Positions 1-14,979 of a stretch of DNA of 64,000 nucleotides are shown piece by piece; position 1 is the first letter of the stretch; every line of letters starts with the position of its first letter. Origin of the DNA: Eledone cirrhosa (lineage: Eukaryota); assembly GCA_964016885.1 (NCBI GenBank), contig OZ024742.1, positions 134,912,001-134,976,000 on the forward strand, read 5' to 3'. The notes beneath the pieces were generated by a model that was not told the origin of the DNA, searched no databases, and saw nothing but the letters and a program-made list of their open reading frames with translations. The position numbers were made by a program, and so were the translations under genes.

Positions 1-476
1 GAAAATCTTTGATCGTAAATGTTCTCGATCAATACCGGCCTGAGGCTAAATGACAACAACAACAGAGACAAATCTAAACTGTTTATATGCAACAATGTAA
101 AAATGTAAGAATAAACAAAAAACAATCAGACACATATTGACTGAATGAAAAAGAAAAGCTTTAATTGTAGTCCCTCCTCCCCATAACGTCATGTTCTGAA
201 CAGCGTTCAATTAGTAACCATTTGAGTAAGAATCTTTAGGATTAAAAATATTCAGCCATGATTTGCTGCATGCTCCCTACTTATTAACCGGATTATTGCC
301 TGAGGATAGTTCTAAAACTTCCTTTTTGTACATTTTTAATCTTTTTTTCCCTAATTTTATTTATATACATCCATAGAAGAGAATTGAGAAAATTAAGCTG
401 TTAAACCCCAATACATAAAAAAATAAATAAAAAAAATAATAGAGGCAATTTTATCAAAATCTAAAACATCGACATC

Positions 477-510
<34 letters not shown>

Positions 511-527
511 AGAAGAAGAAGAAGAAG

Positions 528-558
<31 letters not shown>

Positions 559-2368
559 TGAACAACAACAATAACAACATTAATAATAATAATAAATGAA
601 AATAATAATAAGAGATTATACTGCGTAAGGTAGCAAGTGTGGGTGTAGAATTAAATTCCACTATATCATTTTGGTGTGTGCCACGTGAAAGGCTTCTTCC
701 AACCGACACGTGGCAAATGTATTACAAATAGACCAGCTTAACCTGTACGATACGTCTAGTGCTTTTTTCTATAACGAACGCTATGTGTACGAAGTGACCT
801 CACTTCCAGTATATAGTAGGATTAAAGAAATAGTAAGAAGGAAGACGAAGAATGGCTATATACTTTATTCCATGTATACAATGAGCCTGTAAGTGTACCC
901 ATGTATGTGAGAACTCATGTATTTATAAATGCGGTCTGTTTATGCGGTTATGTAATTAATTTGTAGTATATATACAATTAAAAATCAGTTCAAGCATCAG
1001 TCTGCTTCTGGTACAATGTAGCACAATACAACCCGTTTTATGGTTGAATGGCCCGCGACTAAACGGAGTCCCCCACAGGAACCTGGTCTGGTTGAACCAA
1101 TCAACTCCCCCAAATATAGCCGTTAAAAGGACAGATCAACGACCATTCACTCTAAATATGGAATAAATAACTTCACCAACCCGCAATCTCTCAAGCATAG
1201 TGATTATGGTTACAGCTCTGACATGAGCAAAACGAATGAGAAGCCCCTGGAATGATCGAATTTGATACATGCCATTAATTTACAGCACACGTTTTCTTTC
1301 TCTACGTGAAAAATTAATTTGTTACACCATGGATTTTAAATTTTCTATGGGTAGAAATTATGTGAACGATCTAGTTTGCTTCTAGTCTATATCAGAACGT
1401 AATCAGATAAATAAAAGCCTTCTTCTTTCCGCTGAGAAATTGTTAGTTTATTGTTATTTAAAATATATACCCAATATAGCTTAGTTAAATTGGTCAGCAT
1501 AATTTGATATCAATGCATGTCTTGACAACAAAGGTTGAATAAATAATGTATTAATCCCAACATTTCTACAACTGATTAACAACATTTTCTAATAATTAAA
1601 TCTGTAAGTTATAACTTTTAAATAAACGTGATATGTATACTAAATTACATAATTTGTAGTTAAAAGAGAACCTATTTTACACACATACACACACTCATAC
1701 AAACTTTTGTATAAATATTTATATATGCATACATATGCATATATACATCATACATATATGCATACAGGAACGCATACATACTTAGTACATATATAAACAT
1801 ACTTGCACTCATACACGTTTTCCATTTGTTACATATTTTTTTGTATGTTCAATTATTTTATAACAATCGGAGTAACGCAAGTGTAGTGTTAACATATTTA
1901 CTGCTATGAGCACTACAAGACTAACTATAAATAAATAAATAAATAAACAAACAAACAAACAAATATACTACTCCGAATGAAAACTATATTAGTTATTTTC
2001 TAGTACTATTTTCACTTTCGCAGCAAGTAGGAGACATAGCTGTTGGCAAGTTTCAGTCTTATTCTAAGTTTCTCAGTATGGCATAGATTTCATATGTAAA
2101 CATCTCTCGTAAAACATGGAATTAATTTCGGGGAAAATAGATTTAGCGTCTACTTAACAAGTCTAATAATCGAGGCAGGTGTGAATCCTGACCAGGATAT
2201 GCTTCCAACATGTTATATAGACAGTGGGTGAATGAAAATTCCAGATAAACGTAAATACTTCAGTAAACATATGGCTATGTTATGGTAGGTATATTTATTC
2301 GCGATCCAGACATTATTGATACACTATATGTTTAAAAATACTCACATACACAAAAGCACACATACACG

Positions 2369-2444
<76 letters not shown>

Positions 2445-2466
2445 CACACATATATATATATGTATG

Positions 2467-2524
<58 letters not shown>

Positions 2525-2899
2525 AATAGAGGGGGTGTGGAATTGGAAGTAGCATAGAAAATATATTTAAGGATCTGTTTTTCATTTTTTTCTTCTTTAA
2601 TTCGTCCAAGTGACATTATTGAAAACATGAGACGAACAATTCTTTTCAATAAAGGAGTTTTATAATATATATAACATATACCCGGTTTTGGTGTATCAGT
2701 GTAAGCCATCTTATCAAATTTTGAATATTACAATTAAAAAGAATTTAAAAAAAAAGAAAATTGAAAATTTTTATTTAATTTTTAAAAAGGTCTGTTCAAC
2801 TTTCATGTTGCGAAGACTGGGTTTAAAATGGAAACGTATATATATATAGAGAGAGAGGGGTAGTCATAGTAGTAGAAGAAGTAGTATTGGTAGTGTGTC

Positions 2900-3620
2900 T
2901 TTTCAAAGAACAAAATTATTTTGCGTAATGACACATCCGTCTGTCCTATGTAGTTATGTAGACAACCACCACATGTTATTACGTAGATCAAGGTCTCTGA
3001 TTTCCATGTGGTTTTTCACTGGAAAGGTTTGGCCATCTTTAAATCGAATTCAGTGTTTTAAGGAACTTTCAGTGGATACTGTTCCAATTTCCTCTTTTGG
3101 GGATTAAATTTTGATTAAATTTCGTTGTAAACGTTTTCAAGCGTTTATTATGGTTATTTCGCTTTCCACGTGAATGACGTCAATTGCCAATATAGTATTT
3201 CTGTATTATATAAGATGTTAAGTTTGTGCGCCTGTGGGTGTGTTTTTTTTATGTCAAGTTCTGCGTGCAGCGTTCTAATCTATTATTTACTTGCAGGTTG
3301 ATTCTACGTATTAGCAAGGTTTCCTTAATGCTTTAGTTTCCCACATTTATATCACTGGTTCTTAATATTAAAGGTAATATGTTGGTTGATGTTTGTACAT
3401 TTGCCAATGTTTTTTGTAATGAGGATGGGTGCGTGTTGAGGTGTTTTTAATGCAAGTGTAGAGTGCTTGAGTCGTGATTCCAATATAGAACTCCTTATAT
3501 TTGTTGCATGCAATCCGGTATACGACATGTGTGCGCTGTAACATACCTGTGTCGCGGATAGAGTACTTTCTCAGCGAGCATTGATTGATATTATCTCTAG
3601 ATAGTTTTTAGACAGGTATC
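2900..3620 (-). mobile_element. Degenerate Penelope-like element fragment (GIY-YIG endonuclease region)
   Basis: Minus-strand ORF 2803-2991 reads IYVITCGGCLHNYIGQTDVSLR, a GIY-YIG core with CxxC between the two motifs as in Neptune-type PLEs; the extent upstream is approximate. Confidence 0.75.
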
Positions 3621-3801
3621 CACGCAGTGAAGGCCCGGAGTGGGCTAATTATATGTCCAGCCCTTCTTTGGTCCCGAAATATTGTGCAGATAAAAGAACA
3701 AAAAGAAACGAACAAAAAATAACAAAGATTACCAGGTAACTTACTTTTACTTTTCGTTACCTCATCTTAGAGTCCATGTTGCATTGTTTGGCCTTCTAAC
3801 T

Positions 3802-3851
<50 letters not shown>

Positions 3852-4048
3852 TTTGAATATATGTTGGTTATATACCGACACCTATGTATGCAGATTGGAG
3901 CACTCGACAAAGTACGCAGGTTGGTTTGTTTACTCCGGAGTAATGTCAGAGAAATAACAACGCAACCAGGAGCTGGACATATCGGAGTATTAACGGAGTA
4001 AAACACACTTCAACAACATGTGTACCTGTCTCTACTACACCAATTCGG

Positions 4049-4103
4049 ACTACCTGGAGAGGTCACAGTCAATGATAGCTGTCACCGAAATATACATAGT
4101 AGT
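4049..4103 (+). ncRNA. Hammerhead ribozyme-like motif (degenerate core CUGGAGA)
   Basis: ACTAC CTGGAGA GGT-C-ACAG..CTGT-C-ACC GAAA TATACATA GTAGT; helix I ACTAC/GTAGT co-varies with ACTGC/GCAGT of the 4526 copy. Confidence 0.65.
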
Positions 4104-4525
4104 ATATCTATAAATTATAATAAACGAAGCCAAATTTTACATATTTGACTTAATTTGTTTTATATATATATATATATATATATAGATTTTGAGTTTATGT
4201 TGGTTGTATACCAACACCTCAGTATGCAGGCTGGAGCACTCGACGAAGTGCGCAGGTTGGTTTGGTTACTCCGGAGTAGTGTAAAATAAAGTTAAATAAA
4301 AGTCAAATGATTAAAATTTAGCTTCGTTTATTACTGCTATATATATTTCAATGACAGCCATCTTTGGCTGTGACCTCTTCAGGCAGTTTGAATTAGTATG
4401 GTATAGACAAGTACATATGTTGTTTAGGTGTATGATATTGTCAATACTCTGATATGCCCAGTTCCTTGTTGGGTTGTTAATTCACCTAAACAACATATGT
4501 ACTTGTCTATACCATACTAATTCAA

Positions 4526-4580
4526 ACTGCCTGAAGAGGTCACAGCCAAAGATGGCTGTCACTGAAATATATATAGCAGT
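4526..4580 (+). ncRNA. Minimal type I hammerhead ribozyme (inverted copy at 4333-4387, minus strand)
   Basis: ACTGC CTGAAGA GGT-C-ACAGCCA aaga TGGCTGT-C-ACT GAAA T ATAT A TA GCAGT: intact core, palindromic loop III, AUA cleavage triplet. Confidence 0.85.
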
Positions 4581-4624
4581 AATAAACGAAGCTAAATTTT
4601 AATCATTTGACTTTTATTTAACTT

Positions 4625-4681
<57 letters not shown>

Positions 4682-4682
<1 letters not shown>

Positions 4683-5037
4683 GAGGGACTTCGGCTCTCA
4701 GAAAGCATTTTCCCTTACATAGGACGTAAAGGCCCACGAACGGCAAAATATATTGCCTTCAGCTAGCTATGCAGAATCGAATATATATTCTCCTATGTGT
4801 AGACAAAATATCTGTTGTTTTACCTAGCTGCTATTTTTAGTGGAGTGATAGACAACTCGTCTATGTTTACTTCCGCTTCTACTAACGGCTAGTTCATGTA
4901 TAGATCAACTTTATGGCTTCATTCGATTCTGCACTAGCTAGCTGAAGGCAACATATTTTGCCGTTCGTGTGACTTTACGTCCTATGTAAGGGAAAATGCT
5001 TTCTGAGAGCCGAACATTTCCATTGGAAGTCCTTTCG
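4682..5037. mobile_element. Tc1/mariner-type MITE
   Basis: Ends TA-CGAGGGACTTC ... GAAGTCCTTTCG-TA; ~90 bp subterminal inverted repeats at 4690-4782 and 4921-5014; TA flanks. Confidence 0.65.
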
Positions 5038-5189
5038 TATTTCCAATCTTTTGTGAGGTGAAACCGTTGGTAAAAGCAAAAAGAATAGGTAAATATTTAA
5101 ATTATATTTTTTTAATTTATTTTGAAAAATTGTTTGAATTTTACTTCCTCCGCTTATCTCAATTTTATAGTTCTGGTATGTCAAATTAA

Positions 5190-5368
5190 TTGTTTCTACT
5201 TTAGGCACAAGGCCAGCAATTACCCAGTGCATTACTGGTACTTTATTTTATCGACCCCGTAAGGATGAAAGGCAAAGTCAACCTCGGCGGGATTTGAACT
5301 CAGATCGTAAAGGGACGTAACTATGCTGGAAAGCATGGCGTCCGACCCTCTACCGATACTGCCAATCC
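5190..5368 (-). mobile_element. tRNA-derived SINE, family 1
   Basis: A-box-like TGGCAGTATCGG, B box GAGTTCAAATCC, core GCCTTTCATCCTTACGGGGTCGATAAAATAAAGTACCAG; target site duplication ATGTCAAATTAAT. Confidence 0.9.
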
Positions 5369-5465
5369 ATGTCAAATTAATACCATAGAACAACAACTGT
5401 ACCATAGACACCCTATATATTTCCAAGGGTACTTAGTACCTGTGGTAATATTGATCTCCTTTATA

Positions 5466-5526
<61 letters not shown>

Positions 5527-6333
5527 GGGTATGGTTTTATGTGGGTGTCTGTGTTTGTGTGTACCTATGTCTGTTTTTGTGTGTAATTATATGTATGCGA
5601 ATGCGTGTGCCTGCTTCGATATCAAATTTCCCGAAAAACAATATATGCATTACCAATTATCAAAGTAATATATGATGTCATGCGTAGTTGTGTTTGTATT
5701 TATACCGTATCAGTACGGTTTATTTTTCATTCGTAAATTTAGACCAATTAGCAAGACCTTCTATTTCGGTTACATCACATAATCGCAAGGAGACATGCTA
5801 TATTTCAGAAAAAATATATTGCATATAACTATATAAGCGGTATTCATGAGCTATATACTGCTTCCTAACATCTAATATTTTTATTGTAAATGTTCTCTTG
5901 ATTATATTTGATTTTATTTCCTTTGAGACGTTAGGGAATATTGGAGTAAATCAACTAGCACCAGCCATTAACGAAATCTATAGCAAAATCGAATTTGTGA
6001 GCGATCATTTTGTAAATTCAGAATGTATGGTTTTGTATATGGTGTATATAAAAAATGGGTAAGTGAATACATACGTCTTTTTTTCAAATATCATTCTATT
6101 CCTTACTCTTTTCACTCTCTGTCTTTCTATTTATTTTTCTATTTATATTCCGATGAAATACTACTGTCCGAAACGTAAAGACGCTTTTCCTACTATATCA
6201 TGCGTTAAACTAATATATTTCTTCATTGTAATGTGTTGTTTGTTTTGTTGTTCCCGTTGACTTTTGACACACTCAGACACACACACATGCAGACACACAC
6301 ACATGCAGACACACACACACACGCACACACACA

Positions 6334-6411
<78 letters not shown>

Positions 6412-6545
6412 AAGAAGGAAGTGTGGTAAGGATCCAGGTAGACCATAATGCACCAGAGTAATCAATACTTAGGGTAGTAGAGTGAGTCCAGAAATAGCCG
6501 TCAAAACGGCTTGGGCTTTGCCGTCGGGGTCTTTAACATTTACCT
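6412..6545. mobile_element. Short dispersed repeat family X, head-to-head fragments in (TA)n
   Basis: Shares TACCCTAAGTATTGAxTA..GGTGC.TTATGGTC segments (and, in most copies, GAAACGGC..GCCGTCGGGG) with 23402-23517, 24304-24497, 51719-51890 and 53862-53980. Confidence 0.75.
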
Positions 6546-6562
6546 TTATATATATATATATA

Positions 6563-6620
6563 ATTGTTTCTACTTTTGGCGCAAGGCCAGCAATTACCCA
6601 GTGTATTACTGGTACTTTAT
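6563..6620 (-). mobile_element. SINE family 1, 3' fragment
   Basis: TTGTTTCTACTTTTGGCGCAAGGCCAGCAATTACCCAGTGTATTACTGGTACTTTA matches the SINE tail. Confidence 0.85.
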
Positions 6621-8399
6621 ATATATAATGAAAGGTTAACAAGGACGTTTGGTTACTCCTTCATTGCATTTATTGGTAGGTGACGCGCGTTTTGCCACTG
6701 ATCAGCTCAAGTTTCGATCTGTATCGATCCTACCCGACTCAACGCCCGAGTAAACAAAAGATAAGAGAAGACAGGTAAAAGAGAAAATGACTGTATTGGA
6801 TGTTTGTCTGGTTACAGTATGAGGCGAGTCCGTGGTGTCTGTGTGATACAAAAAACAGTAAAAAAAATCTTCCAGATATACCAGATTCTTCGTTGTACCA
6901 TTTGTGCATAGTATATGAACAGTTCTAGGTGGTCCCACCTAAAATAGGGACCTCTAGGAGATGGTTCATCTTTTGCCTGACTGTGAAACGTGTATCATTG
7001 CATAGACGTGGTTGTTCCACGTTTCTCAAAAGGATGATGGAAGTTCCAATCTTTTATATTATATGTAGATATAGATAATTAATATAAAAGATGTATGTCA
7101 ATGTAAAAATGTCCCTGTTTACATGAAATGGTTTATACAAATGCCAAATTAATATGGATATGGATAACATGCTTATCTATAAGTGGTCAGCTATAATAAT
7201 AAAACAACAAATTATATGACACAAAATTTATTCAGTAATTTCCAGGCTCTTAGCCACTGAGTCAATGTTGCCCAGAGTTCAACTCGGGGAGGTGGCCTGG
7301 TTTGAACTCCAAATGGCGGATCCTTCTACTTCGAAAATAGAATCGTTTTTCAATATTACTCTAGCCCTGGCCAGCCATAGGATCCAAACTTTTTGCCAGA
7401 CTCAGCATATGGTGAGGTTTTATTACCACCGCAATATCAGAAGCGGCGCACGCAAACTTACACACGCACCCATTCACTTACACACGCACCCGAACATAAG
7501 AAAACAACAACCACCATGGTAACATGAAATTAAAGGATCTTCCTCTACTTATAGTTTGTGGCAGAATAAGACTGTCAGAGTCAGGACATGAATCTCACAT
7601 GAGAGCACATCATAGGTCACTCCCTACTGACGATGGAATATTCAAAACAGTTAAGCCTTATCAAGGCCATGGATCCCACAATGTGTGCAAATCTCAAGGA
7701 CTAAAGTTGCAGTTCAAGATTCATCAAGGTATGCAAGCATTCCAGCTGCACCGAAACTTATATGCAATTCACGTGAAACAAGAGAGTGGCGCTTAGCGTA
7801 AACATTCTGGGTGGCAAAGCGCAGACGTACACAGCCACGATCATAGCTATACACAATGTGATACATTAAATCGAGTGTCGGTAGTAGATATAGCTTCGCT
7901 GGAGTGCTAAATATTGCGAATCAAAGGAAATATTTGGATAAGTTTCGACCATTGCTAATTAGAAGCTGCACCGCACCTAACGCAGTCGGATTCGCTACCG
8001 TATGAATCGCTTCAATGAAGTGACATCTACTCAGTGCTCACATTCGTGGCTAGTTATAGAATCAGTTAGAAACCTGCCCTTAGTCACTCGAGTGTGCCTT
8101 CTCTCCTGTCTTCCGAATCTGCAGGACACTCGAGCCATATTTCGGAAGCTGTAGTTATTGAAGTGCACACTGCAGGAGTCGGGATAATCTTTCCAGGCTT
8201 GAAAGTGCTGACAATCAAACCCGTTCGGGCTCTGCGCTGAGCGACCAAACTGTTCTACACCCAATCGTCAGCATTGCTGGCTTGTGATGTTTTGTCGTAT
8301 ATCTATCTCAGACGAATTCGGCTATAAATCCACTCCTACTTTTCATATGCAAGTGTAAACATATTTCCTCCGTCTTTCGGCTATGGCGAAAGAGGCCCC

Positions 8400-9500
8400 G
8401 ATGGATGCAACAGAAATGATTGCTTACAGAAAATTTGCAATTCAGCCACACCTCAATATGTTTTTCGAGTTCCACTGGAAAAGTATTGTACGGGTGGTGA
8501 GCAATTTGCTGCTCGCAAGTGTTTTAAAGGTGGGTGAATATAGTGAGGATGTCTCCTTCAGATTTCTCTTATTCTGCTAGTCTTATTGTTGCTGTTAATA
8601 TTGTTCCTAGTGGTTTTCTAATACTGCTGCCTTTGATTATATCATGTTTCTCATTCTTATTCTTAAAGATAATACTAAATATTATTGTATTTGGTGCTTC
8701 ATGTATTATTTTCTTGCCAATGGCAACTTTTTACCTAGTGTTGCATATGTCCTTATACTTCATATTCTTATCAAAGATGGTGTTAAATTTGTTGGAACCG
8801 TTGTTGATTATGTTGTTTTTTTGGTATTGATTTTATATTATTGTTTAGAACAATCAGTCTTGTTTGGGATGTAATCTTATTTAAGGCATTCCAGCCATAT
8901 GTATCCCCTTTTATATCAATGAATACATTTAATAACGCAATGTTCAAATTTAAGACAATAAGGCATTTCATTTTACTGACGTTGCTGTTGTTTTGGGCCA
9001 TTGTTTTAGCCCTCGAAACTATATTATATAGCAGCCCACCCTATAAAAGAAGCCCCTCATTTATTTTTCTAGACTAAATTATTTAAAGGAAATTTAGCCA
9101 ATGTTTCTAGAAGACCGAAAGACTGTGTAGAGTATACTATTTAGTACTGTTGCTGTTATTTCAGTTGGTATTTGGTATTGTTGATGTTGTTATAGCTGCT
9201 GACGCTGACGTCGATAATGTTTATGAAGTTGCTATCTGTAATGTTGAAAGTATTTTTTTTATCGCTGTTGCCGTTCTTTTTGTAATTTGTGTTTTTGTTG
9301 AAGATGATGTTGCTTTTCTTCCTGTTATTTCTATCGATATCACATTGACTGCAACTCCACCCACATTTTGTCTCCCTCCATCCACCACATGCCCCTTTCT
9401 TCCAAACAGCCCTCCCTTCGACACAATTTCTGCTCTTTCTACTAAAATCCTTTAACCTCTATGTTCAATTCATAGTTTCCTTTCCATTCCACACTCACTC
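8400..9500 (-). mobile_element. Possible highly decayed non-LTR retrotransposon fragment
   Basis: A-rich minus strand with broken frames; TILFQWNSKNI near 8460-8492 resembles an APE endonuclease N-terminus (xQWNxxG). Weak evidence. Confidence 0.3.
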
Positions 9501-9877
9501 CCCATGTGTTCATATTGTTCTTTTTTTTCTAATGTATGCCAATGTTTACTTGTTGTATGCATTGTTCGATTCAATTCCTCATTCTTCATGTTTCTTTATT
9601 TTTTAAACTGATTTTTTTTCATTGGAATCCCTTCATTTCCACTTGCTTTTCTTTCAATGAGATGGCGGTTTACTATCCCTTTTGACATATCTACCTATTT
9701 ATCTTTATCTAACGATGTATCAACCAATCAATCAATCTAGCGAGCTAGCTAGCTCACTCGCTACCTATTTACAACTCTATCTATTCATCTATCTATGTAT
9801 CGATATATCTGACTCTATCCTTGACTGTTTGTATCGCTGTCTATTTATCTATGCAGCACTCTATGTATCTTCCTGTG

Positions 9878-9925
<48 letters not shown>

Positions 9926-9993
9926 CATTTATCTAAATCTATCGCTCTTTTTCTCTCGCTCTCCCGCTACCTCTCTCTCTCTCCCGCTACCTA

Positions 9994-10077
<84 letters not shown>

Positions 10078-10190
10078 TAGATAGATATATATATATATAT
10101 GTATGTATATATATATTTATATTGTATATACACAGACACATATATATTTCCACATGTGTGCGTGTCCGTGCATGCGTTCATGTATGTATA

Positions 10191-10231
<41 letters not shown>

Positions 10232-10371
10232 TCACGCATACTCATACGTAAAAGTTTCAGAGTATGAATGATCATATATTCATGTGCGCGTGAATAAACA
10301 ATCATACACTCATCCATAAACACACACCCACACACACACACACACGTATATACACACATACATATACACCT

Positions 10372-10413
<42 letters not shown>

Positions 10414-11165
10414 GTATGTGTGCGCGTGTGTGTGTGTGTGTGTTTGTATGTGTAATCATTAAGCCCATATGTATGTTTACGCACGTTTACATCTACATCC
10501 TCTGACTTCGTTGTTCATTAGCTCATTTGTTCTGTTCTATATTGTTTTCTCTTATTTTATTAGTTTTACTTTTTACTCCTCTATTTTACGTTTCTATATT
10601 TCCTTTACTATTTCATTGTTTTCTTTCTTTTTATTGTCTATCCTAGTCTACCTTTCTCATGTTTCAATTCCTTGGAATTTCCTCCTACTCCTGCTGTCAA
10701 TAATTTAATAGAAGATACACTCTGTTGTAATCTGTCTTTAATAGTATCCTCCGTTCTTAAACTGAATTCCTCAAACAATCTAAAACAATCTAATTGTGGA
10801 GTAAAATTACCCAACAGTCATTTCTCTTTTAGTTTTTTCAGTTTATTTTCACTTTTTGCTATCATCTGCTGCCTTCTTACCATTCCTATTTTTCATCAAA
10901 TTCCCTCTTTCACACGCACAGGTATGCAAAGCCACACACTTCCATACATACTGTCAGACTGTCTGTCACATACACATACACACAAACACACACACACACT
11001 GTCTCTCAATCCACCCCTCTCTCTCACTCACTCTCTCTCTATATATATATACACATGTAGCCACTTATCTATCTATGAATGATCTCTCTGCCCTTCTTAT
11101 TGGTTGACTTCTTTTCTCTCTCAATCTCTCCCTCCAACTCTGTATTACTATCGCTCCCGTTATAT

Positions 11166-11225
<60 letters not shown>

Positions 11226-11405
11226 TGGTGGGGGGTACCCGCGTGCATATGTGTGTATCTGTGTATGTAAATGTAATATATATATATATATATTTACATA
11301 TATACATACATAGAGAGAGAGAGAAAGAGTCTGCTGTGCTGAGGCCGGGGAGACCCCACATCATGGGAGTAGAGTAGCAGAGTGTTTATAGAGAGATATA
11401 AGAAC

Positions 11406-11463
<58 letters not shown>

Positions 11464-11659
11464 ATATATATACACACACACATATATATACCCACGCACA
11501 GACACACACACGCTCACACACACACACACATATATAACGAAATAACATTGTAAACATGAGTCGTTTTGAATGTGTGTATGTCTCCTTTTTTGACTGATGT
11601 GGGCGCATCACTTGCACTCATCACCCTAAAGTTCACCCCATTATTAGGAATATAAAAAC

Positions 11660-11828
11660 TGTTTCTACTTTAGGAACAAGGCCAGCAATTACCCAGTGCA
11701 TTACTGGTACTTTATTTTATCGACCCCGTAAGGATGAAAGGCAAAGTCAACCTCGGCAGAATTTGTACTCAGATCGTAAAGGGACGTAACTATGCTGGAA
11801 AGCATGGCGTCCGACCCTCTACCGATAC
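11660..11828 (-). mobile_element. SINE family 1
   Basis: Near-identical to the 5190 copy; TSD TAGGAATATAAAAAC at 11645-11659 and 11829-11843. Confidence 0.9.
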
Positions 11829-14341
11829 TAGGAATATAAAAACAAGTTTTGATTTGATCCAAAATTCTGCAACCTGAGGGAAAGCAAAATGATTGTTTTT
11901 TGTAAACCTTATTGTAAATTTTTTAAATTTAAAATAGAGAAAATTTGAAGTCGAAAATGTATTAACGAACTTTGTCCATACTCTAGCTTCGTCTTTCAAT
12001 TTTTCTCATTTACAGTTACATATACTCTTCTAAATAGATTTCACTTGTATATTGATACAACAGAAACGATATAATGCCTCAATGAATCCCTCGTAATATC
12101 TGCTTAAGTTTGTTTACTTTCCCATTTTAACGCACCCTCCCTCATCTCAGAATGTGAACGCTGAATCCTTGAAGAAACAAATAGCAGAAAGCAACAATCA
12201 GTCTATGTAATCGAGCGAAACCGAAGGTATATTTATATATATATTTACAGATGTAGTAGATGTGTGTTGTTGTAATACTCTACTATGATAGCTAAGAATA
12301 TATACAGGTCTAGTAACTTACTTAAGGCATGATCGCTAAGAATTTCTGAAGTGTTGATTCTAAATGCTATCTTCGATAATAGCAAAAGGCAAAATTATAA
12401 TTCATCCTAATTTCATAGTTCTGGTAGCAAAGCAATTTCGATAACAGTTGACGAAGTATGTTTCTCAATTTATTCATGCTAGGAATGTCATTATCAAAAG
12501 CATGAATAGCAGCACATCTTATTTATTTCATTGCATTGAAAATGTATTTGCAATTATTTTGTTCATTGCTGTCGTCGTTGTCATTACATAGACCCAGATC
12601 ATAAGTTATACAGAAAACCTATGAAGAGATAACTTCTCTTCATTACTATTCCGTCTATTTGCTTGTATTCGATAAAGCAAAATTTGATGAATATTTAGAA
12701 GTACTTTCAAGCAGTTCGAATGACTAAGTCAAGTTGCTTTAATTAGCATGTTAGTTCGTTTTATTTTCTTCTACATAATGAAATTTTAGTTTGTCATTTC
12801 CATGCTCCAAATATATTGGTTCATGTAGGATTTTTATTGTTGCTGTGGACCTTCGTGGTTCCTTTAATCTCAAAATCCCATTATCAAAGACATTCATGCC
12901 ATGTCTATCTCATTTTTTACTTTACTTCATATTCGGTGTATGCAGGTGGTTTGGCTGTTTTGTAATCATTGTTCAGTTTTATTGTTTATTTATAAATCAT
13001 TTGTATCTGGAATGTTTATGATGTTGATGATGTTGATGGTGTTTGCTGTGAAGCCGATGATTCAGGTGCTGCTCTAGTTCTGCTATTTGAGATTTCATTA
13101 CTATTGGGTTTCCTAATGCTATGGTTTTATATAGCATTTCTTACGGACGTTTTGTTGCTGATCCCTTTCGTGGAATTCCACTCATCCACATCATCCTATT
13201 ATCAATCCCCTTCCTCGTCACTACCATTCTCACCTCTCCTCCTCATTATCATCATCATTGTCATCATCAACGTCTTCCACGTTATCATCACCCACCGATA
13301 CTACCAATCCAGCACTCTTGAGTTACATCTATAATTGTGTGGCGGGTATCATTTTAGGCCAATATTTGTTTTGTACCAATAATATTAGTGTGGAATTTAT
13401 AGTTTTCTGGAATTATTTGTCTCCTTTAACTAATAGTTGTTATGTTTCTGTATAGCTGATGTTACCTTTGTTATTGATGCGTTTTATCATCTACCAGAAA
13501 TGTTTAGATGCATTCACTTGCTCATCATTTGGGAGAATACGAGGTCAACTGAAACTACAGACAGATTTGATCTAGTAGCTTGGCAACGCTGTTTAAAAGC
13601 GACTTGGTTCTAGACACAGATGCTAAATTTGGTGATATGTATGCGTGCCCGATGAGGACAGTTGTACTTTAAGACCTGTAGCCATTTATGCCTCAAATGG
13701 AGGATTTCATATAATCAGTATTTTTAGTAGGCAAATGGAAACAGAACTTACACACACGCGTGTTTCAGTGAGGGATGCACTGATAGGATAGAGTGAAATA
13801 AAATCGCGCCCTCCTGCTCAGGCAATGTGAAATAGATCATAGATGTCACATGGGTTTCCTAAATACCCCATAGTGAATTTGGATGAACTAAGAAATCTTT
13901 CAAAGCTTATATCGATCTTCATTAAGGAAATCGATTATTTATGATAGTACTTCAGATATTTACGCAGTTGTCTTGATCTATGGTCTGTACATTCATGTGG
14001 ACAATCCTAGTAATCATTGCTGTAGTTCTGATTTATTTTTGTTACATTTCTGTTGTAGTTGTCATATAAATATTATATTATTATTGTTGTTCAGTTACCA
14101 TTGTTGATATAGTCTTGTCTAAAGTCTGTCTCGAGCCCGAATGATCATCAGGCCAGTGTTCATCCTGGTCTCTGGGGCTTTAAGTGACTGAGATTACAAG
14201 ACAGTCCTTGACTTGACCCCAGTCCACCTACTGCTGGTACTGATTTTCAGCTGGGTGTACTGGAACCCTTGACATTATGAGTGTAAGTCCAACACTCTCT
14301 CCACAAAACCACTCGCTTCCACTGTTGATATATACTTGGGT

Positions 14342-14521
14342 CGGCAATATAAGTAGAGGGTCGGACGCCAAGCTTTGCATCATAGACTTACGTCCCTTTA
14401 CGGTCTGAGTTCAAATCCCACCAAGGTTAACTTTGCCTTTCATCCTTAGGTGATCGATAAAATAAAGTACCAGTAATACACTGCGTTAATTGCTGGCCTT
14501 GTGCCAAAAATAGAAACAATT
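14342..14521 (+). mobile_element. SINE family 1
   Basis: Same head, core and tail as the other copies, slightly diverged. Confidence 0.85.
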
Positions 14522-14979
14522 ATATTACTGTTGTATATGTTATTGTTGTTTTTATATTTTTGTTTTTATATTACTGTTGACATATCCCTGTTGATATATT
14601 AATGTTGATATATCAATGTTGATATATCATTGTTGATATATTACTGTTATCGTAATATAACTGTTACTGTTTTTATTGTAATACTACCATTGCTATACTA
14701 TGTTGTTGATATACCACTGTCGTTTTTCTTATATTATAGTTGCTGTTATATTATTATAATAACATATTACTGTCATTGCTGTTATTATACTCTTGTTATG
14801 TTGTTGTGATATTACTATTAGATTTTGCTATATTTCTGTAAAAGTAATATCATTGTTGTTATTATTTATATCATATCAATGTTTCTGTTATTGTAGTTGT
14901 TATTATTGATGTGATATTACTGGTTCATTATTGCTGTTTTTATATTATTACACTTGTTATAATACCTCGTTATGGTTAT

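Larger units (their letters stand above)
3850..4632. mobile_element. Two copies of a short hammerhead-bearing element in (TA)n; the second copy carries an inverted duplication
   Basis: 3850-3945 and 4186-4282 are diverged direct repeats. 4283-4429 is a near-perfect reverse complement of 4483-4630. Both copies are bounded by (TA)n. Confidence 0.85.

Noticed and set aside
5260-5368. tRNA gene
   Set aside because: The A/B boxes belong to a multi-copy SINE head, and no cloverleaf forms.
7250-8350. GC-richer segment possibly from a Gypsy gag/protease region
   Set aside because: No convincing motif in a consistent frame; needs BLASTX.
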